From Lama glama (taxonomy: Eukaryota): 64,000 nucleotides of DNA. How positions within the stretch are numbered: the first letter of the stretch is position 1; every line of letters starts with the position of its first letter. Location: assembly GCA_028534125.1 (NCBI GenBank), contig CM052816.1, positions 89,158,001 through 89,222,000 on the forward strand, in the 5' to 3' direction. Shown here one piece after another: positions 53,791 to 64,000 of this stretch. Below the pieces are notes generated by a model. It was not told the origin of the DNA. It was given only the letters and a program-made list of their open reading frames with translations, and searched no databases. The translations under genes were made by a program, and so were the position numbers.

Positions 53791-56700
53791 AAACTATATG
53801 TTTACAATATCTGGAACCTACATGACTTTTGAAAAAAACATTTTTTATATATTATTACTATGAATATTTACTTCATGTTTCATTTGAATGGCTATCATGT
53901 GAATGAGAGATTTTATCTTCAGAAGTTAACTATAACAATATTCCACTTCCTTTTTAAAATTATGTTATAAAATAAAGTTAAAACAAAATTACTAGTCTAT
54001 ATATAAAATTTTTTTTAAGTGCCAGATTGATAAAAGAAGATGCAAATGTTGAAAACTTTCAGCATTTCTTGCACAATCACTCAAAACTTGTCAAAGGTCT
54101 GGGAGCTATGCTTTTTGCCTGTACAAGAGAAGTAAATAATGAAAATAGAAGAAAGAATTACTAGACTTAAACAAATTGGTTTTTATTTAGTATTTCACAG
54201 AAATGCAATCTTAAAAGTTCTTTATCTGGATAGGACTTTTTTCCAGGTCACAAATTACTGGAAATTTTATGATACTTTGAGCTTTTTTCCCCCCAGAGTC
54301 CTAAATTTAACCATTCAAAATAACTTCTAATAATATACCGTTACATCATTTGAAATGAAAGCTTTGCTTTTCAGTATAAAAATTTGAATCCTGTCCCAGG
54401 GATGGAAAGAAAGTTGGGGTTAGGTCTAGTCATTCTTTAAAAGAGAAAGTACTTTTCTAACATCATGCTTTAATTCGTAATTAGTGCACACATAGTTACA
54501 AATATAATTAGGGCAGAAAATTACATCAAAAATTAAGTCTCCACTTTCATTATACTTATTGATAATTAAAAAATTAGATGCTATTTCATCTTTAATGCTG
54601 TAGTAAAGTTGGCCTTAAAACTAAGTAAACCTGGGTTATTATCTATGAAAAATAGATATATTCATCCAAATTAAACACTAAAATATAATAAAGTGTTAGA
54701 CTGGCTTTATTGGTTGCTTATAATTTTAAGACAGTTAACATTTTTATTGAATTTCGTAAATGATAGAGATGTTTACTTCATGAATCATATTTAAAAACAC
54801 ACTATCTACCAGCACTAGATCTAAAGTAGGGAAGAAAAATTAACTTTTGGATTGCTGTTCAAAAGCTTATTTCAAATAAATTTTACTGGCAATGTTTTGA
54901 TTTTCATTGGAAACAAAGGATTTTCAATTATGAAAAACCAATTACTTTTATCTGAAACTATTATTAGTATTCTTTAAAAAAATATTTATTTTCCTGGTGT
55001 ATAACAAGAAGACATTCCACTTTAATTCTAACTTCTAAAAAATGTATAAAGAAAGCTTACTCAAAATGTGTTTAAATACATTAAAAAATCAAATTCATCT
55101 TTTCTACCTACTAGTGAATTTTTTATGAGAACCTGTTCTTACATAGCGTATCTTTTTGACTTTAAAAAGCATATAATAGCCAAGGTTGTTTATTTTTTTC
55201 TAAAAAATCTGATCAATACCATCTAAAAGCACCCAGATATACACTTTATGTCCTGAGAATTATTTTAGAAGCAAAGTATGGCATGAAAAATCAGTTTGCT
55301 GAGGTATTGTATATGGTAACTAAAAATACATATGCTACAAGAATAATAGAAAGACATGCTCTTAACTTTTTCTTGACCTTCACAATTTATTTTGATAATT
55401 TTTGCTCTTCTAGTTTGAAAATGGAATAACAAAATTATATATCTTATTGTGATATGGAGTACACTGTATGATCATGTGTCTAACTACTGAAGCTTGGCAT
55501 CCTCTATCAGTTATTGACTCTCAGATGTCTGATGTAATAATAACAGTAATAATTTTCAAACTAGCCTTGGTTTCTCAGTCAGGAAGGCTACAATCCAAAT
55601 GATAGAAATGAAAGTAAACCATGATGACAGAGTAAGTTTTCTGTCACCCAGTGTCACTGGGTCCCCAATCCCTCAAACTTCTTTCTTCCTTTTGTCATAG
55701 GGTTGGGATATTCCACATGTTTTCTGTATTTCACTGCTTCGTGGTGTGAGCTCTATAAAATGAGTTGTTTTTATACAACGACTAACAAAATTAGGGTCTG
55801 TGCATCCATTGTTTAACTGTAAGAAACTTTTGAAACTTTCTTGTTCTTCAGGGCCATAATATCTTAAAGAGGTAGTCTCATTCCTCCCACCCCCGCCCTC
55901 CTTAAGAACAATCAAGAGAAATAGAATAAGAAATACGCACTTCCCGTAGTGAGGACAGGTTATTGTTTGCTTGTATTTTTCTTGAAGTTGTATGTGTTTT
56001 CTGAGTGTGTGTACGTCAGTCTGTATGCATGTGTGTATGGTTGTATGTTTATGCACGTTGTCTTTCTATATATAACATATTTACAACCAAAAATAAATGA
56101 AAACAATATCCATATTCTGCCAGTATTATTCAGATTTTCTCTTTCTGGTATTAGCATTCATTTTAACTCTGTTCAACCACTGCGCCTCACGCACATCGGG
56201 CCCTTAGGTAAGTCATATTTTCACCTCTCCCTTAAAAACTCCATGCTAATTTCTTTTCAAGAATGTCAGTTCCTATTACTTGTCAAGGGCTCAAGATAAA
56301 TTATTATACAAAATTAAAACTATTGCCTAAACCAGTGAATGTGGGATAAGTATCCAGGCCTGACCTTTTTCTGTAACTCTTATTATATTGTTGCAATAGC
56401 TCCTCCCTGACTTTAATTCTTCAAATTTCTGTCCCTCACCAGTCTAATCATGAACATTTAAACCCTTGATATTGAAATTTTCTAAACTTCTATGATGTTT
56501 AAACTAATCAAGTAGTTAATCTAAAAATTATTTTGATATTTTAAAGCAAAGAATTGTTTTAACCTTTCTAGTAATATATCCATATATTTGATTATTTGAA
56601 AATAACATATGTAGTCTTATTGATACAGCGATATTCTTACCCTATGAAAAGTAGATTGGAAGGTGAGGTCCCAATAATAATCTCTATATACAATTATTAT

Positions 56701-59700
56701 TATGTCTGTATTCAGTGTCAACTTACATAACTGACATATTTGACAGCTTCTATATTTTACTTTAAAATCTTTTAACATAAAGGAATTTTGTATTCACATC
56801 CTAAGTAAATAAAGCGAACATATATTTTTGGAGATTTCAGCAGGGAGTTTACTAAAATAGCTTTAGTGCTATTGCATTTATGATTTTATGATTTTATTTT
56901 TTGTTTATGATTTTAAGAATCCCACAATTTTACCAAAAATACAAACATTTATTTTATCCCAGAGCCTCACTGTTTTCTTTAACAAAAAATCCAATAAGCA
57001 AAATTGTGGCGTACTTGTAAGTATTGATTAACTTTGTTTTGCTGAAAGGTGAGAATGGCTCTTTGACCATTCGTGTTACAGAAGTGTAGATAACATTACT
57101 TTTAATCATTTTTGCATGGCTCTCAAACTTTTAGTTAGAGAGTATACAGTGTTTAAAAACAAAATTCACAGAGCAGTTTAGGCTAAAGGGCTTTCTATAT
57201 GAACTTTCTCAATTGTTTTCTTCAATATTCTGTACAAACTTTTAGCCAGAGAAACAAACCTCATATATAATTCATCCTTTTACAAATAAAAGATATGCCC
57301 TTTAACTTTCACTTGGAAGGTGTTTCTTATCGAAAAACAAAGCTAAAACAAAAAGGATCTGTTGCTGTTTCTTAGCCTAAGGGCAGATGTTTAAAACTTG
57401 CAAAGCAACAAATGACTCAAAACACATTTAAAGCAAAATTTTAATCAATTGCCTGACATAGAGAACAAAAGCAATTTGGCGGGTTACCTAGAGTAGCAGA
57501 ATTAGAACTGAAAGCAGAGGGCTGGCACATTACATGGTATCACACTAAATGCATATTGGATTGTCTAAACATGAGTTCCCATCCCTATGATGATGTAACA
57601 CCTTATATGTGATCTATAGAAACTGGAAAATAATAACCACCCCAGTTATACCATTTGGAACAACAATGCTAACAGACGTGACTACACCATCAAATGAAAC
57701 CGATCAGGACGAAAAAAAGAAAGTCATCAATAAAAACAAGCACTGAAATAACATCCAGAGAGTTCCTGACTGTCCTTAAAATCTAGCTCAGTGTTTACAA
57801 ATGAGAGATACAGCAGCATTCTTTTCTTACCTTAGTTAAAAAAAAAAAGTCTCAACTCAAATAGCCTAGCCTAATTAAGAATACCCATAGAAAATACAGG
57901 GAAAATACTAAAAATGGGCAAGCCACAATATATTAATACTCATCTTTCCAGGTTAAGATCAGTACATGTAAACTTGCTCTCCAGATGTAATAAGCTGGTG
58001 ATTAACATTACCTGCCGATGAACTGTGAGAGCTCTCCAAGTTTTCTGAAGGGCATTCCCTTTAGGAGGTACAGGATAAAGGGCAAAATAATCCCCCCTTG
58101 GAAAAACAACTTGATTTCTGTTTCTCCACTTCCAAACTAGAAGTGATGTTTAAAGATAAAGACCTAGTCAGAGGCCAAGAACACAAATTTAGCTTTGTCT
58201 TCAAAAGCAATTTAGGTGTGGAAAAATATGCTAAATAAATTCATTATAAACATAAAGGGCCCATTGTTTTCTCCCCCACTTTTTATCTGGGATTATTTTA
58301 ACAGAGCAATATAGGTCTAAGGATATAATATAATGGGAAAGAGCTGAATTTACCCACTCTCAAGGGTCTAGAGCTTTTCGATCCTATCATTTTTCTGTGC
58401 AAGGTTAAGAATATATTAAAATGAAAACATGGTCTCTGTGGTCTAAGTATTTGCAAAAAAATGGTGCCTATGTAAAGACTCCTCTGTATCCACCCATCAA
58501 AGTCACATTTTCTCTGAACAGAATCTCTCCAGTGCATTGTCTCTGTTTACACAGACATTATTTTTTAGTTAATATGAAATGGAAGAAAAAGCAGACATTT
58601 TTAAAAAATGTTTAAACATTTCCTCTGGCATGTTTCAGGCTTCACTGTTAGTAAGAATTCTTTAGAGAACCATCCATTTGCAGATGATTTGCCCATACTG
58701 CTTAGAAAGGGAAGGCTAGTGCACAAATGTATCCAAACATTTAGGAAAAGTAGAACAGGGACCCACTGGGTCATCTTCATCCCTAGGAGAGGGATGTTTA
58801 GGTCTAGGATTCTGAAGTGCAGTGAGTGTTACATATAAACTCAGACCTGTCTCATTCTACCACCATGAAGGATGCAAAAATACTCCAACACAGTAAACTG
58901 TTCCCAAATCAAATGTCCCAGAAATTATTCACTTATTCTTTGATTCATTCATTCTGTCATTCATTTGTCTTTTGTTCATCATATCTGTTTAGAACCTATT
59001 TTCACCAGTTGTTATCCTATGAATTAGGATTTAGCAATGGTAGAAATAGTTTCTGCTCTCATGGAATTCATATCTGTTGGAATTAGGTGTTGAAAACTCA
59101 CCACTTACTCAGACAGAGAGCATGCCAGAGAAGGAGACTTGGGAAGTGGGGTAAGAAATATCAAAACTGAAAATGCTATTAGTGATCCTTGTAGAAATGG
59201 CTTGTTGGAAGTTGAACATCTTAGTCTACCTTAGGGGTAGATACATACTAGAGAGAAAAATTGCTCAGGCAATAATTGTCACTTAAAAGCAGGAGAATAC
59301 ATAGTCTTTTCCCCAGTTGATAAAAAATTAAAGAGGTCCAGAAAACAATCTTTGTCAAAATGTTAAGGATCAGGACAAGTACCAGAAATGATTTTTTTTT
59401 CCCATTTAAGACTTGTAAATCTGAGAGAGGAAAAATTTAACTTTAAATGTGTTAGGTTTTTAACTAAAGTTGAAGTTATTTTGACAGCTGAAATCACAAC
59501 TGAGATTAGATTGAGAAGACATAAAATTATCATTGAAGAATCCTGTATTTGAACTAACAGGAATCACTATGTGAAGGATTATGATATTCTTAAGTAATTC
59601 TTAAGTATGACAAAATTAGTAATGTAATTTACCTAAATGCTGTACCCCATGTGAGTTCATTGGCATGGTGTGTCTAACATTATTTGTCTAGCTAAATATT

Positions 59701-61469
59701 TCAGTCTTTAGTATGGAATATGCATTGAAATGTAATATATGACAAAGCCTTGATCACGATTTTATTCTCAGACGATTTTTTTATTCTTAGATTTAAAAAA
59801 TAAATTTTCTCAGATATATTTTTCTTTATTATGTGTTTTGATTTGTTTCTGCTATTAAAATACAGCATACTCTTCAGGTCTGGATTGTTGATTTGTTCTA
59901 TTTTGGAGTTGTTTAGCTTTTTGAAACAATGATGGCCTTGGTGTTCGTTAAATAAGTGATGGATTGTACATGATACAAGCAAAGTGTGTTTTATAAACTG
60001 GGTGGCAGAGCTGTGACTGACTTTCATGCAGCTCGCTGCCTTGGTCAGCACACGGGGCCTCTTGTCGTCAAGTTGCTCTGAACTCTTTGCCCTTATTACC
60101 CTTTTACTTCTCTTCTCAAGCACGAGTGTCCCTGGGCAGCTCTGTGGAGTCTCTTAGATGGTAACCACCTGATCAATATTTCTTATTATATACTGACTGA
60201 TGAGATGATAGCAGATGAAATGCTGCTGTAGACGACAGGCCTGCCCCATCATTTTCACATTTTCATGGACTGGGAGGATTTATTATTTTATAATTGGCTG
60301 TTCCCTGTTCCCAGTTATTTTCCTTTTCTTTTCACCTCCTCCTTTACTCCTATGTTGTCTCTGCTTCTTCAGTGTGTATGCATGTGTGGAGATAATATGA
60401 AAATTCAGCCTATATAAATAAGTTTGGCTGATTCCAAATTTGTAGAAAGAGTGCAAATGAGAGGTAGGACTTAGTCTACAAAACTCAGCTTAAGGTAGTC
60501 GCAGTAGCACTCCGAGACGTAAGGCTGACACCTAAGGGTCTTTATTTAAACTTATTTGTAAATCAGGCGTTAAATACCATGAGGGGATTCCCGATTTCTG
60601 GGTTTCAGAATCTGAAGAGAACAATGCTGAGAACTAGTCAAGATGATCACTTGCTCATGAATTGTTTCATCCATTTATTCATTCAGTAAGTAACTCGTGC
60701 ATGCCGACTCTGGGTGAGTTAGAAAATCAGGTTCCCTGCAACCCAGCACGTATGTGTACTTACGTAGACCTAATACTACATGCAGCAAAATTAGAAACTG
60801 ATGGACAGAGCAAATTGTAAATGCCTGAAAGTGCCCCGTGTCTATAGTGCTGTCTTTCTGTTGTATTGTAGACTGGTGCTACCTAAACATCCATCTCTAC
60901 TCCCATCACTTCTCATTACAGTTGCCCTAGGATCCCTGTTACACAAATGGCTTCCTTTGTATGGCTTGTTCCCATTTCCCACAGAGAACATTTGAGCCAG
61001 TCTTGTGAGTCAGTGTCTTTCCTGATGCCTCTGTGTCTACGTGTATAGGAGCTTTCTTCTGCTCACATGCAGCATGGAGCATTGAGGGGCCCTCAGTGGC
61101 TATGTCTGATGCCAAACTAAGCTTACATGATTAAGTAATTTGATTCACAAGCCTATACTCTGAGTTGTCTGGTACTGATAAGGGGAAGAACTGGTGACTC
61201 ATAACTATGAAAGTTTTTCACAAAGATGGGTAAAGGCCTCTTTTCTTTTCCATTGATAGTGGGAAACATGAACAACCCTGTACTTGGCCAGCCTAGAGAC
61301 TGTTGATTATAAAAAGTTAGGGAAATCTTGTTACAGTGTTCAATGACATTCTGAGGAATGTTATGGACACTCATGTCCTCTGTATTTTAAGGATGGAAAC
61401 CACTTGTATGAGAGGCTGAAATCTGAAAAAAAAAAAAAAAGAAGAAGAAGAAAAATGCTAAGTCTCTTT

Positions 61470-61625
61470 CAACTCAGTTTCTGAAATTGCCTGTGACTAA
61501 ATGTACTTGGCTATGTAGTGGGATAATAGTTCCCACATACAAGGCTGTGGTGAGCTTAAACAGGGTGACACGTGGAAAGAGCTTAGCAGAACCTGACAGC
61601 TCAGTAAACAGTCAGTAGGTTTATT
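61470..61625 (+). mobile_element. MIR fragment
   Basis: CTCAGTTTC...GGGATAATAGTTCCCACATACAAGGCTGTGGTGAGCTTAAA...GTGGAAAGAGCTTAGCAGAACCTGACA. Confidence 0.7.
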
Positions 61626-62849
61626 AACAGATCCTGAGTTTTCAAGGTTTGCGTTCAGCTGACGGGCAATTCATTGCAATACCAGCTTCAGACTCTTATC
61701 TTCCCAAGCCCAATCCTTCATCTCTTTCTAGTATTTTGCTCGCTTTTGCTATTCTTAGCCACTGTTCATTTCTTTCTTTAAATATATTCTGCCCTTGCAT
61801 GCAAGTGTCATGTATTTGGACATACATGTTCTACAGAACATTTTGGGAAATAGTTCATTTTTTTCCATGTAAAATTTGTGTAATGTTTGGAAATTTGTAA
61901 ATCAAATACAGAAGTAAATAGCCTTGCCAATGTCTAGGGTTCCTGTCTTTTATTTACCAAACTCATATAATTTTTACGTAAAGCTTTCCATGTCTGGCCC
62001 TGTTCTCACTGCGTACAAACATCAATGCATTTGTATCAATAGTTTCTAGTACTGAGGGAAAAAAAACACCTTGGTGAGCAGCATATTTAGTCAAATCCTC
62101 TTTCAATAATATTTGTTTTCAATATTTGGATGCAATTTAATTTGGTGTAAGTGTCTTTGGAACGCAGCCACTGAAAGCCATGGGGGTTCTTTGCAAGTAA
62201 TCTGGAGTGAAGTGAAGCTTTTGTCCTTGTTACCGTGTTTGGATATTGCTTGAGCTTCTCCATGGCAATAAATCATGCAGCGTAGGGCCTGGCATGCTGT
62301 GTTTTTAGGAGCTCTGCACAATCAAAGAGCAAGTTGTGTAAATAAATAGATTTATCTCAAATAAACACAATAAAATAGAATGGGTTTAATAAACATGAAA
62401 TCTCTCATAGGCTCAGTAGCCAAATTCTATGTCGAAAGGCTCAGAATCAGAATAAAGCAGAATTTAGAAAAGGCATGTTATCTCTTGGGTCAGAGACAGA
62501 GTAGAGGCTTGCGACTTGTTTACGAGCTTAATAAATATATGTATCATACACGTTGTTCAGTATTCTTAGGGATACATTGAGACTCAGTTTCTCAAGTGCT
62601 TCTTTATCCATGTCAGATTTTTTTTATATATATAGTCTTGACAAAATTTCATTCCTTCATTAGAAGGCAGCTAACCTGCAGTGGCATTCACCAAAATGTG
62701 TTTTTACTAAAATAATATGTATCAATAATTTTTCTTATATCTATGTGTTCATACTTTGTTTCAGACTCATATATCTTTAATATTAAAGACAATATTTTAT
62801 GTTATTAATATTGCTAAGGTATGGGCTGCATTTATACATTTAAAGAGTC

Positions 62850-63605
62850 CGTATAGGTTAAGAGTTTAGTATCTAGAGTCAGAGACTTCCCAAGTTGAAC
62901 TCAGTTCTTCACCAAGCCCTTCCCACAGATGGGCGCCCAGTGTTGGGCGAGTTACTTAGTCTTTTCTATAAGGTGAGGACAAGAGTCAAAACTACCTTAT
63001 AGCGTCTGCTGAGGATGAATCAAGTTATTACACATAAACTTCTTAGCATGCTACCTGGAACATACTTGGGGAAAGAACTCTTTGACTCGTGTATGTTTCT
63101 GCACATCTTGTGAGCAAGAAAGCACTGATATCTGTATATAAACCATAGATCAGAGACAGATAGACCATAGATCATAAAGATCGGATCTCTCTTTAAGGAA
63201 GAGTAAAGATTTATTTCCTGAGCAGTGTAATAAAGATAATGTCTCCATGCTGGGGTAAGATTGAGCGTGTCTACTAAGAGCCAGCTTTTAAAGATTGGGG
63301 TTTTCTAAACTTGGGGTCCCTTAGGATGTGTATGCACGTGCAGCATACACAGGAGCTGGTTCACTGGTCCCCATGACACCCATGGGGCAAGGGGAACTAA
63401 TGTGAATATGAAGCTTACGCCACTTGCTGTGTTCAGAGTAATGATGCCCTTTGTCTCTGAGTTAGGGGTCCCATGTCATATGCCACCATTTATGAAAACT
63501 TGTAAGCAGGTTAACTTAACTTGGAAGCAGGGTAAAATCATAAACCCTTTGGTTATTGATTACACGATTAGCACTCAATAACCATTAGTAGCTGTTGTTA
63601 TTATA
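62850..63605 (+). mobile_element. MIR SINE interrupted by an LTR
   Basis: GGTTAAGAG...TAGAGTCAGA...TGGGCGAGTTACTTA...TGAGGAT...CTTAGCATGCTACCTGGAACATA to ~63066, resuming as TAGCACTCAATAACCATTAG...TGTTATTA after ~63561. Confidence 0.75.
63067..63560 (+). mobile_element. ERV1 solo LTR, MER89-like
   Basis: AATAAAGATAATGTCTCC, GGGCAAGGGGAAC, CCTTTGTCTCTGA and GCAGGGTAAAATCATAAACCCTT follow a recalled MER89-type consensus. The family name is less certain than the LTR call. Confidence 0.65.
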
Positions 63606-64000
63606 TACTCTAGAGAAGTCAAAACACAAGAAATACTCGATATAAAACTCCCAATAGTGTGCCAAATGACAAACCATCCTGCAGCAATCAATTTAACTTT
63701 TTTTCCTTTTTTTAACGAATAAAACAATTTTTAGGTTAATCAGGGTATGGTCTAGCTACTTGGCCCCTTCATTTAAATATGGCCTTGCTTAGGCTTATGT
63801 TTTCTTTTTGGAAAGTAAAAGTTACTTTTATAACATTTTTTAAATAATTAACTTGATTCCTAGACATGAAAATTTGAAATCCTTGGGCATCGCTTCTCCA
63901 AAAGAAAAAGAAACCAACAAAAGTACCAAAAACAGTAAATAAAATTTGGAAATTGAATCATTGGTTTTCATTTTGGTAGCAAAAGAAAACCTCATGCTAT

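Noticed and set aside
59701..60123. 140-aa minus-strand ORF
   Set aside because: Non-ATG start, no recognisable domain and K/N/I-rich composition typical of AT-rich non-coding DNA.

Overview
AT-rich, CpG-depleted mammalian genomic DNA, most likely from a camelid (alpaca, llama or camel). The species guess rests on young L1 3' ends and a vic-1-type SINE tail, both recognised from memory. I can support no protein-coding exon, and the supplied ORF track reflects chance ORFs, repeats and N-gaps. The one clear gene feature is a small CpG-island promoter (~12.75-13.2 kb) with a GC box and an NF-Y CCAAT box. It is followed by an ATG-free first exon ending at a strong donor (AAG|GTAAGG, 13272/13273). 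The remaining ~51 kb then reads as intron of a + strand gene I cannot name. Everything else is transposon debris (young L1 3' ends with target-site duplications [TSDs], old L1M, L2, MIR, MLT1, a MER89-like LTR, MER20, MER91A, a Tigger2-type MITE), microsatellites and two 500-N gaps. I did not find a convincing new biological system. The best leads are modest: a miniature 5'-inverted L1, young L1s that all stop near one G-rich tract, a candidate L2-derived uORF exon and a 17-bp hairpin. All repeat subfamily names come from recalled consensus sequences, not a search.
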